NCBI GenBank assembly: GCA_950097015.1
Contig: CATNEN010000038.1
Location: 21,638,001-21,702,000, forward strand
Origin: Macrostomum hystrix
Taxonomy: Eukaryota > Animalia > Platyhelminthes
Direction of reading: 5' to 3'
Length of the DNA: 64,000 bases
The notes beneath the pieces are model-generated. The model was given only the letters and a program-made list of their open reading frames with translations, ran no database searches and had not been told where the DNA came from. The first letter of the stretch is position 1, and every line of letters starts with the position of its first letter. A program made the position numbers and the translations under genes. This document shows positions 28,301 to 39,467 of the stretch, piece after piece.

Positions 28301-31300
28301 CCTGCACTCCCTACAAATGCTTGCGACCCTGCACTCCCTACAAATGCTTGCAACCCTGCACTCCCTACAAATGCTTGCAACCCTGCACTCCCTACAAATG
28401 CTTGCAACCCTGCACTCCCTACAATTGCTTGCAACCCTGCACTACTCGCATTTTCTAAGAAGTATGCAGTATGAAAATAAGTATATTTTCAGTAAAAACA
28501 GCGCCCAGCTTACCGCAGAAGTAGGATACGAATGCGCTGAACACCCTAGCAGCAACGCAGACGCCAAAGAAGATGAGCACGAGCTCCAGGGTCACGTACT
28601 TCCACAGGAAACGGCTCTCGACAGAGCCGAAAAAAAATCCCAATGAGAAAGTGCAGAAAAAGCCGAGCACTTTGGAAGAATCGGCTAGCATAGATTTGTA
28701 GGTAATCTTGCTGGCCTCGGACAGATTGTGAATGCAGAAACTGTTTTGAATCATTTCACAGGCGACGCTCCTGGAATAAAAGGCAGCGGCCCAGAAACTC
28801 CTTTCAAATCCCAAAAATATCTTCCCCCTCATCTCCAAATCTCCCAATCATCTCCAAATCTTCCCCATCATCTCCAAATCTCCCAATTATCTTTAAATCT
28901 TCCCCCTCATCTCCAAATCTTCCCCGTCATCTCCAAATCTTCCCAATCATCTCTAAATCTTCCCAATCATACCCAAATCTTCCCAATCATCCAAATCCCA
29001 ATTACTTACGTGATAATTGATGATAGACCGGTTTTGCGAGCCAAAATATAAGAAATGTAGTTTGTGCAGGGCAGCACTACCATTTCCTGCTGCACGTGCA
29101 GGAAGCTGGAGTGCTTAGTGATGAAGCTGCTAATTAGCCCAGCAGTGACACCTAGTAGCACAGAGACGAGCGGAACAAACAGGGCGCGTTTGAGTACAGG
29201 CCCGATAATACTGCTTAATACCAGGGTATTCTTACTGCTCAGGTCCATTGTCATCTGCCTGTAGGACATGAGTCGGACAGGTAATATAGATTTTCTATTT
29301 ATGAGTGACTCAATTTTATAAGTGAACATTGTTTTCACCTTAGCTCCAACGCGAATGACATTGATACTAGGCCGTAGCTGGATAAGAAGCCCCTCATCTG
29401 GCTGTTGCCTCTAATCTCTGGAAAATTGTGCACGCACAGGTAGGCATCGTGCATAGACAGCGAGGCTCCAACATGAATAGCGTACATGACGTGGTGAAAA
29501 CTCAGCTGATTATCTTTGCCCATAAAATAACCAGTTGACTTGGTTGACATGTAGGCTGCAAATTTCCGACAGTTCAAATTTAAGCAATTGATTTGAGAAA
29601 TATAGCGTTTAACTTGAAAACTGAGATAGTGGAGTATGAGATAAGCGACTATAACGTATTGTATGACCTATTGAATGACCTATTTTAGTGGATCAATAAC
29701 AATCAGTTAGGTACAAATGACCAGATGATAGACAATTAGCTAACTAGCAATGACGAGATGATAGACAATGAGCTAACTAGCAATGACCAGATGATAGACA
29801 ATTAGCTAACTAGCAATGACCAGATGATAGACAATTAGCTAACTATCAATGACCAGATGATAGACAATTAGCTAACTATCAATGACCAGATGATAGACAA
29901 TTAGCTAACTATCAATGACCAGATGATAGTCAATTAGCTAACTATCAATGACCAGATGATAGACAATTAGCTAACTATCAATGACCAGATGATAGTCAAT
30001 TAGCTAACTATCAATGACCAGATGATAGACAATTAGCTAACTATCAATGACCAGATGATAGACAATGAGCTAACTATCAATGACCAGATGACAGACAATT
30101 AGCTAACTATCAATGACCAGATGATAGTCAATTAGCTAACTATCAATGACCAGATGATAGACAATTAGCTAACTATCAATGACCAGATGATAGACAATGA
30201 GCTAACTATCAATGACCAGATGATAGACAATTAGCTAACTATCAATGACCAGATGATAGACAATGAGCTTCTATCAATGACCAGATGATAGACAATGAGC
30301 TTCTATCAATGACCAGATGATAGACAATTAGCTTCTATCAATGACCAGATGATAGACAATTAGCTAACTAGCAATGACCAGATGATAGACAATTAGCTAA
30401 CTAGCAATGACCAGATGATAGACAATTAGCTAACTATCAATGACCAGATGATAGACAATGAGCTTCTAGCAATGACCAGATGATAGACAATTAGCTAACT
30501 ATCAATGACCAGATGATAGACAATTAGCTAACTATCAATGACCAGATGATAGACAATTAGCTAACTAGCAATGACCAGATGATAGACAATTAGCTTCTAT
30601 CAATGACCAGATGATAGACAATGAGCTTCTATCAATGACCAGATGATAGATTATTAGCTAACTATCAATGACCAGATGATAGACAATTAGCTTCTATCAA
30701 TGACCAGATGATAGACAATTAGCTTCTATCAATGACCAGATGATAGACAATTAGCTAACTAGCAATGACCAGATGATAGACAATTAGCTAACTATCAATG
30801 ACCAGATGATAGACAATTAGCTAACTATCAATGACCAGATGATAGACAATTAGCTAGCTATCAATGACCAGATGATAGACAATTAGCTAACTATCAATGA
30901 CCAGATGGTACACAATGAGCTATATCAATGACTATTTTGTTGATATTTTGTTCAGAAATAATTTCTCACCCACAATGGCGCCAGAGATAATTGAGACACA
31001 CAATATGGTGCTAATTATCGCGAATGTCACGGTCATTCTAAGCTGCTTCCTGGACGACTGTGTGCACAGCTTACTAGCCGGGTACATTATGAGGAATGGC
31101 AGGATGTTGTCTTCGAAATTCTCCCACGGAAGGAAGAATTGTACAATAGCTTTGAGAGGCACACTGCTACCGACTGTTAGGCCAAGGAAGATGCCAATTA
31201 AAGAATTGCAGACTGTCTCGTTGAAGAAGAAGTTCAAACGATAGTTGATTAGGCCCATATAGACAACGCCCCAAACTAGGATTAGTAGTGTCACGATGAT

Positions 31301-31372
31301 TGTCGATTGTAGGCCCGTTTCTTTGGTAATCATGAAGGCGTAAGATTTTTCAGGCAAATCGGAACCATTCAT
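19347..31372 (-). CDS. Divergent SLC9/NHE-like (CPA1) Na+/H+ exchanger homologue, about 612 aa. Exons 31372-30970, 29612-29339, 29258-29010, 28800-28514, 26370-26249, 22168-21961, 21246-21035, 19430-19347
   Basis: Segments align in order to NHE TM domains: NETVCNSLIGIFLG; ILPFLIMYPASKL..TFAIISTI; GASLSMHDA..FPEIRGN (cf. [16 protein letters not shown]); VLLGVTAGLISSFITKH..YISYILARKTGLSSII; HNLSEASKITYK; VAARV; then a cytosolic tail. Splice phases are consistent. The last two exons and three AAG acceptors are less certain. Confidence 0.78.
19560..20950. repeat. About 27-28-bp minisatellite (gatattgtcaaacagattatcgatcaag)
   Basis: Tandem repeat in the last intron of the NHE-like gene. Confidence 0.9.
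21320..21900. repeat. 20-bp minisatellite (gagatcgctttgatcccctt)
   Basis: Tandem repeat, intronic. Confidence 0.95.
22260..26180. repeat. 19-bp minisatellite (catatctaacaggtccagt and variants)
   Basis: About 3.9 kb tandem repeat, intronic. Confidence 0.97.
26431..28443. repeat. 27-bp minisatellite (tgcaaccctgcactccctacaaatgct)
   Basis: Tandem repeat, intronic; gives spurious ORFs of about 700 aa in several frames. Confidence 0.97.
29715..30935. repeat. 33-bp minisatellite (caatgaccagatgatagacaattagctaactat)
   Basis: Tandem repeat, intronic. Confidence 0.95.
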
Positions 31373-32479
31373 GGCTGATCTGATGTCGGTAAGTCAGTAA
31401 GCTGTAACTTTAGATTTAGAATTTATTGAATGTTACGATCAACTGCGTTTGGATAGATATATAAGTAAATAGATAAGTTGAGTTGGTCCCATAGACGCAG
31501 GACTTTTTTACAAATAGACTGCTTATAGTTTTCATTCTATAAATAGCATATGACGCAATACGTGGTAGATGATGCTATTTTTAGAACTCAATGCAAAAAC
31601 ACTAGCGCCTAGGCCTAGTGCACTTGCATCAAAACTAGCAGCTATTTAGCTTGCGCTTCAATTTCATATTAACTCTCTTTGCTTTAAAGACACAGTCACT
31701 TTTGAGACAGAGAAAATAAAGTTGTTTTTTTTTATCGCGTCCTATTCACAATGTCCCGCCGCGGTAAGGTTGGGCTACTTTTTATAACAAAAGCCATGAA
31801 ATGTACAAATTCGTATTTACCTGTATAGCGAAGAGTTAGTGCTTCAGCAAAAAAGAATCAGATTCATTTGAAAGACGTACTCAATTGAAATTTCTTAGCT
31901 AGCAGTTAAAAGCTTGCCTCTCTATCCCTAGCTTTGCCTGTCTCGCATTGTGTGCAAAGTCTAATTCGGTGAAAAATGGTGTGCAGTTGAGCGGCTTGCC
32001 TTTCGGATAGAATAAAAGTTGAAGACAATGTAAGTGGTGGTTAGTGCGGCTGTGGCTAGCTGTCTATTTCAATAATAGTTGGTTCATTATTCAGTGCGTC
32101 ACGATACATCTGTATGTATAAATGAATAAAGCTTATCGATGTCGCAGCATTCTCTGCTAAACAGCATCTCTAAATTAATGAAACTTTGACTGCAACAATT
32201 ACTGGATCCTACCAGGCAAATAGCGCGTGCGTTTACTTTGTGTTTTTTGCTAATATTTTCATATAACTCGACTATAACTGCTCTAGTTTATTTTCTAAAT
32301 ACTCATTTACCGAAAAATCTTACATTTACAAATAATATTGGTTTTCTCAACCCTTTAACCATTTTATAGATTTTTTTACCATAGATCTTTTCATTCCTGG
32401 AATATTTAACTCCCTAGAAATTTCGTTTCACTTAAATCTTGATTCCCTCGATTTTTTTACTTTCGAGACAGTTTTCTAG

Positions 32480-33130
32480 GAAAACAATTTTCCTAGAATC
32501 TAAGATTTCCCAGAATCTGCGATTTCCTAGAATCTGCGATTTCCTGGAAACTGCCATTTTCTAGAGTCTGCGATTTCCTAGAATCTACGATTCACCTATG
32601 ATCAATATTTCCTAGAATCTGCGATTTCCTAGAATCTGCGATTTCCTAGAATCTGCGATTTCCTAGAATCTGCGATTTCCTAGAATCTACGATTTCCTAT
32701 ATTCTGCGATTTCCTAAAATCTGCGATTTCCTAGAATCTACGATTTCCTAAAATCTGCGATTTCCTAGAAACTGCGATTTCCTAGAATCTACGATTTCCT
32801 AGAATCTGCGATTTCCTAGAATCTGCGATTTCCTAGAATCTACGATTTCCTAGAATCTGCGATTTCCTAGAATCTGCGATTTCCTAGAATCTACGATTTC
32901 CTAGAATCTACGATATCCCAGAATCTAAGATTTACTAGAATCTAAGATTTCCTAGAATCTGCGATTTCCTAGAATCTGCTATTTCCTGGAAACTGCCATT
33001 TTCTAGAGTCTGCGATTTCCTAGAATCTACGATTCACCTATGATCAATATTTCCTAGAATCTGCCATTTCCTAGAATCTGCCATTTCCTAGAATCTACGA
33101 TTTCCTAGAATCTGCGATTTCCTAAAATAC
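32480..33130. repeat. 17-bp minisatellite (gatttcctagaatctgc)
   Basis: Tandem repeat. Confidence 0.93.
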
Positions 33131-33438
33131 AGAATCTAATGATCTTCCCTTTCGTGGAAGATTTAATTTCCTTGAGACTGCCAAGATTTCCAAGAAATTT
33201 TTGTCTTCTAGCAATCTTAAAACGACGATTCCTAAAATCATGGATTTACAAAGAACCTTCAATTTCGTAGAATGTTCTTATTTTTCTTAAGTTTTTATTT
33301 CCGAGAAATTTCCTTGAAATATTCAGTAAACAATAAACTTTCCTTAGAATTTCTCATTCAATATCGAATTTAGTGATTTATTTCTATGCAATTTTTTCTC
33401 TTCCGCCTCCGTAATAGTTTCGAGTTACTGTCCTAAAA

Positions 33439-36400
33439 ATGCAGCCATCAGCAGCCGGTAACAATTTGTCGGTTGCCACGGTAACGGACACATTTCGCCG
33501 TTCGATTCGGTCAACGACAAGCAGCAATGCGGGTTCAACAACAGCAGCAGCTGCAACAACAACGGCCAGTAAGCCGAAACCAACAAAAGTGGTTCGCATC
33601 AATTCAATAGAGAATCCCATCTGTCAGCTCCGGGATAATCAGGCGCACTACGCGGCAGAGGGCGCCGCTCGCCAAAGCTCCGAGCATCGTTCAGCGTCCT
33701 TCGACCAGCTCGCACTGCTCTACGCTATGGGCCTGACATTGTTCGGCTTTGTGTTTCCGTTGTCAAATTTTGTCAGCGTGAAACCGTTCTCAGCTTGGTA
33801 TTTAGCCGGCTTCTATATTATCCTATTTCTGGTGTCCATCGCTTTCCTAATTTTCTTCTTATTTTGGATTTTGCGACAACCGCCGCAAATTCTGTTTCTA
33901 CCCAATGAGGACGGGGCAGATTTGGAGCAGAGTAGACAAAGGCGGAGGCCTTCTGGTCCTGTCGTATTTCATGTCGGTATGAACGATTCCGCAAGCACCT
34001 GCGATGAGGTGAGCGTTATTGAATAACAGCTGCTGTAATTAAGCGGTCTTTACGAGTTTGACTCTCGCGACAAGGTGCCTGAGCTCGATTCCGCGGCGAG
34101 GCCACATTCATTTGCTTGGGGCGGGGGCTTGTCGTGCAATTTACGCCAATGAGGGCCAACCTCCAAGGCACAGTGAGAGTGTACACTGCCTGACGATGAG
34201 AAATTTAAGAGCAGGTCTACACACCTGTGTGAGAGTGTGCTCAGGAGTCAGCAAAATTGTTAGAATTGCCTCCTCGCTGGCTGTTGGTCTAGTGTTGACA
34301 AATGAATGTGCCATTGCACACAGCCCTGTACTACAATTATTACTATTTGAAAGGTGATTGAAAGTGGCTGACAGGTGATTGAATGGGTGTGACAGGTGAT
34401 TGAAGGTGTCTGACAGGTGATTTAATGGTCTGACAGGTGACTGAAGGTATCTGACAGATGATTGAATTGGTGTGACAGTTGATTGAATGGGTGTGACAGG
34501 TGATTGAATGGGTGTGACAGGTGATTGAATGGGTGTGACAGGTGATTGAATGGGTGTGACAGGTGATTGAAGGTGTCTGACAGGTGATTGATTGATCTGA
34601 CAGATAATTGAAGGTGTCTGACAGGTGATTTAATGGTGTGACAGGTGACTGAAGGTATCTGACAATTGATTGAATGGTCTGACAGGTGACTGAAGGTATC
34701 TGACAGATGATTGAATTGGTGTGACAGTTGATTGAATGGGTGTGACAGGTGATTGAATGGGTGTGACAGGTGATTGAATGGGTGTGACAGGTGATTGAAT
34801 GGGTGTGACAGGGGATTGAATGAATCTGACAGGTGATTGAATGGGTGTGACAGTAGATTGAATGGTTGTGACAGGTGATTGAATGGGTGTGACAGGTGAT
34901 TGAATGAATCTGACAGGTGATTTAATGGGTGTGACAGTAGATTGAATGGTTGTTACAGGTGATTGAATGGGTGTGACAGGTGATTGAATGAATCTGACAG
35001 GTGATTTAATGGGTGTGACAGGTGATCGAATGGTTGTGACAGGTGATTGAATGGGTGTGACAGGTGATTGAATGGTTGTGACAGGTGATTGAATGAATCT
35101 GACAGGTGATTGAATGGTTGTGACAGGTGATTGAATGAATCTGACAGGTGATTGAATGGGTGTGACAGGTGATTGAATGAATCTGACAGGTGATTGAATG
35201 GGTGTGACAGGTGATTGAATGAATCTGACAGGTGATTGAATGGGTGTGACAGGTGATTGAATGAATCTGAGAGGTGATTGAATGGGTGTGACAGGTTATC
35301 AATTGACGGATCAATTGATACCAAATTGATAAATCAAATACCAAAATATAACCTTGTTCCTAAATAGTGATTGTTAAAAAAACGCAATTTTCAGGAGCAT
35401 GAAGCAGGCAACGTCAATGCCGCGTTTGAGTCCCGTTTGGCTGTGAGCTAATCTTATTTGACGTGCCTGTCAATTCTTTGACTGAAGTGCATCGAAACAA
35501 AAACACAATAATACTTTTGTATGATCGATATTTATAATCTAATTTCAGGCCCGAGAATCTTCCACTCATGAGCAGCCACAAGAACTTGGACTGGCTCGCA
35601 TTCAACTGCATGAGCCTGGTGAAACTGTACAGTCCGATCTGATTGACAGGTGAGAATAACACAGATTTTGTGTTCAACATTTAAGGATCTAAAACGTTTG
35701 AGGAATTTCGAGGATCAAAAGGTTTAAGGATCTCCATTTTAGGGATCTCAATTTTAAGGATCTCAAATTTTAGGGATCTGATTTTAAGGGATCTCATTTT
35801 AAGGATCTCATTTTCAAGAGATCTCAATTTTTAGGGAACTCAATTTTTAGGGATCTCAATTTTAGGGGATCTCATTTTAAGGGTTCTCAGTTTTTAGGGA
35901 TTTCATTTTAGGGATCTCAATTTTAGGGGATCTCATTTTAAGGGATCTCAATTTTAGGGGATCTCATTTTAAGGGTTCTCAGTTTTTAGGGATTTCATTT
36001 TAGGGATCTCAATTTCTAAGGATCTAATTTTTAAGGATCTCATTTTAAGGAATCTCAATTTTTAGGGATCTCAATTTTAAGGGATCTTAATTTTAAGGGA
36101 TCTTAATTTTCAATGATTTAGCCTTTGAGGATATGAATATTTAAGGATTTGAAAGTTTGAGGATCTCAAAATTTTGAGGGTCTAATGGTTTAAGGGCCTG
36201 CTTTTTGGGATCTGAATGTTTGAAAAAGAGAAATTCTAAGATTCTAAAACGTTTGAGAATCTATAAATGATCGACATTCGAGCTTTAAAATATTAAAAAA
36301 GACTTACACGACTTAAAAATGGAGCCATTTTTGTCCTTTAACGAGACACTTAAAACTAGGAAACGCTTCAGTTCACCCGCCTGTTAAATGGGTACCAGAA

Positions 36401-39400
36401 TTAGGTGGGGCTAATTCAGGATAGGTGTGACGTACATCAGCAAATAGCAATATAACGTAAAATCTAAACTAGTTTTTCCGGCCGTTAATGTTTCTAGAAT
36501 CGATTCAATCAGCGACACCCTGTCGAATCGCAGCAGTACAGTCTTCGACCAGCAGACAACAATTAATTCCACCTATTCGGAGGCCACTACGGCCACCTCG
36601 GTGGCGACTGCCGCGATGGCTGCGGCACGGCGTCGTAGAAACGCAGCCGTAGGAGGCGGAGGCGGTGGTCGCATGGCGGAGCGAATCAACTCGACCCTGT
36701 TGCAGAACGCTCTGGAGCTCGGCGTTCAAGAGATTCCAGCCTGCTCGGTGCTGTCCCTGCAGGAGTCGCATTCGCCGTCATTCTTCCTCCGTGTCGCCTG
36801 CTTCATATTCGGCGCTTTGAAGGTCACGCACGAAGCTCTGATGATCTGCGACCGCATGACCGACATCACGTCAGGCTGTCCTGGCAAGTTGGTCGGCGAG
36901 TCTATTGCCCAGGTCATCCAGTACACTCTAAGCATCGTCTTCACCGTGCTGCAGACATTCTTGTTATTCAAATACAGCAAAGTTTCCGTAAATGTCTACA
37001 GAAATGTGAGCAAATTAATTTGACATAAATTAACATTTTTACAACGGCTGTGTACAGCTCTTTAGTCCATGGACTGGGGGACCCCACCCACCCTCAATTA
37101 CTACAGCTAATGCTGGTTTGTAAGCTGTCGTGAAGTAGGCAGTGGGTATTCAATATCCCCGTGGTCTTCCTACTGACAATGCACAGAATTACAGAACAAT
37201 CCCCATCGATGTACCGCAGGTCACAGTTCTAGGCTTTATGCACCTCCTTGCTGCCAACATGTGCGTGTGGTTCCAGGCGATCCTACTCGAGACCAGTCAC
37301 AGTACGCACAGTAACAATTACAGCAGCAACTACAGCAGTGGAACCTATTACAGCACAATGTCAATTGGGAATTCCAGCTCAACTACAACACCAAGCAGCA
37401 GCAGAAGCAGCTCGTGCTCAAAGGAGGTGTTCTGGCGCATGGCTCCCTATCTATTCCCATTCACCATTGAGTACGCTCTCATGGCCGCATTCAGCTGCTA
37501 TACTCTTTATCGAAACGTCAGCAAATTCCTGGACGTCATCCAGTCGAAGGGTTTCAATGTGGCCAAGAAGTGTCTGCGAAATAGGAAACGATCTCAGACT
37601 AGTTTCTCGGCTAGTTGTTACAAGACCGACAAAGGCTTCTTCCTTGGCGCTCTACTGCTCATCCTCGGCATCGTCTCCGGTGTCTACTTCACAGTGTACG
37701 TCAACGAAAAACCTGCGGACGCTGTCACGAGTCAGCTGATCTTCGAGGTGACGGATCTGGTGCTACTGGCTGCCAACATGGTGCTTTGCGCGATCGCCAA
37801 TGCCAAGATGAGGAAGCTGACGTTGCTAAACAGGGCGGTAACGGGCCCCGACTCCTGGCTGTTGGGCATCACCCTAATTGGCGTGCTGGCCTATCAGATG
37901 TTTCAATTGTTTGGCGCCTCCGCCGATCAGGGCATATTTATGGCTTTACGCATTGTTCAAGGCATCATGGCTATTGTACAGAGTGTCTTCCAGGTTAGCT
38001 AGTGTTCTTCGGCCATTGCCTTTTAGCAAGACACTTAATTAACTCTGCATTGCTTTAGTATGCCAGCTGTTTAATGAGTAGCTGCGGTGGTTAGGGTTAG
38101 GGCTAGGGTTAGGGTTATGTGATGTCGGCTGCACATCAGGCCCAAACTCCCTAATTAATTTATTCTAGAGCTATACCTGGATAGAGTTATGTTTGGATTA
38201 GTGCTAATTTCCATTCAGATTGGACGTTTAATTGGCTTCTTCAAAGTATTCTATTGTCTATGGTTCAAACAGTCAGCATTCCGAGTACTTATTTATCATT
38301 GTCTATGGTAAAAAAATCTAGGCTATGGGCCTAGGCCTTTAAATAATTTAATTTTCATCGATGGTAAAACAGGCTTAAAACGCATTGGCCTTGACAATTC
38401 TGAGGATTAAATACTCTATTGCCCCAGATTCATTGTCTATGGCCTAAACCTCGGCTTAGGAGGCTTCTTCTCGGCCATGACACGCGCACTTGCCCTTCAT
38501 TATATAGTCATGAAATGAATTGGTCACGGGACTTTATCTTAGTCTATGGCTAAATCTGCTATTACTTTTTGGCGCTACATTCTGTACTTTTGTCACAACT
38601 GGCTTAAATCTCAAATTTTATGGCATGTACGAAGTACACAGGGGCAGATAAAGGGAACTTCCGTATCTTTCACTAAGCTCGTATTTTAGTGATTTTTTAG
38701 ATTTTCCTTTCCGTAAGCACCGAATAAACGGTTCCCAAATTACATTTCTGAAAAAGGATTCTGTTCTCAATACCCTACTTTTTTTCCAATGGAATGCATC
38801 TGAAAATTTAAACTACAAATTTTACTTGACATGCTCGAAGACTGACGATGCAGACATTTTTAATTCCGTTAACACAGAGAAATGTTTTACTCCTTCTTTG
38901 CGCATTTGTCTACATTTGTCTACTTAAAGTAGCAACAAATGCCGTGTTGCGCTAAGAATACGAGCTAAATTTAGATCGAATCACACTTTTTTCAATAAAC
39001 ATTGAACCAGATTGAGTAAGCATTTGAAAGCTTCATAGGATAATGAGTCGGTACAGCACTTTTATAAACACAACCTACAGGTGTACCTGGTGCTTGACGG
39101 TGAGAAGCGACGCTCGAAAAGCGAAGAAGCCATCGAGGAGAAGCCGGGTCGCGAGTTGATCGCCGCCCTGTTGCTAGGCAACATCGCCCTCTGGATTGTT
39201 TACACTCTGGAGATACGAGAGATTAACAATCTGCCAAACTACAGCCACGCCTATGTGTCTGTGGCGGCCAACATCTTTGCGTACGTCTGCTCGCCTCTAA
39301 TTATCTTCTTTCGCTTCCATTCGGCCTGCTGTTTCGTAGAAATCTGGCGCACCGCCTACAAGGGCCGGAAGAGGCGCTGTCACAGCCACCCGGATCTGAC

Positions 39401-39467
39401 GGTCTGTTCCACCCTGCCTGGCAGTGTGAGCGCCCTACAGGACTCCGGCGCCAAGACTCACCTGTAA
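33439..39467 (+). CDS. OTOP: Otopetrin proton-selective channel, about 795 aa. Exons 33439-34008, 35395-35442, 35549-35649, 36498-37005, 37220-37993, 39081-39467
   Basis: Otopetrin motifs SFFLRVACFIFG, QTFLLFKYS, GFMHLLAANMCVW, YLFPFTIEYAL, CYKTDKGFFLG, KPGRELIAALLLGN, PLIIFFRFHSACCFVEIW; GT-AG junctions with phases 0,0,2,0,0. Confidence 0.92.
34035..34348 (+). mobile_element. tRNA-derived SINE family B in otopetrin intron 1
   Basis: Shares about 250 bp with 12305-12660 (gcttgtcgtgcaatttacgcca..gagggccaacctccaaggcac..gagagtgtacactgcctgac). Confidence 0.8.
34350..35300. repeat. 21-bp minisatellite (tgacaggtgattgaatgggtg)
   Basis: Tandem repeat, intronic. Confidence 0.95.
35690..36130. repeat. 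Degenerate 16-18-bp repeat (agggatctcaatttt)
   Basis: Tandem repeat, intronic. Confidence 0.85.

Noticed and set aside
26312-28646. ORFs of 700-770 aa with NACNPALPT-type repeats (antifreeze- or mucin-like look)
   Set aside because: 27-bp unit open in several frames on both strands, lying inside a phase-consistent intron of the NHE-like gene
34180-34210. CTGACGATGAGAAA, resembling a hammerhead ribozyme core in SINE B
   Set aside because: No convincing stem II or flanking stems I and III could be drawn
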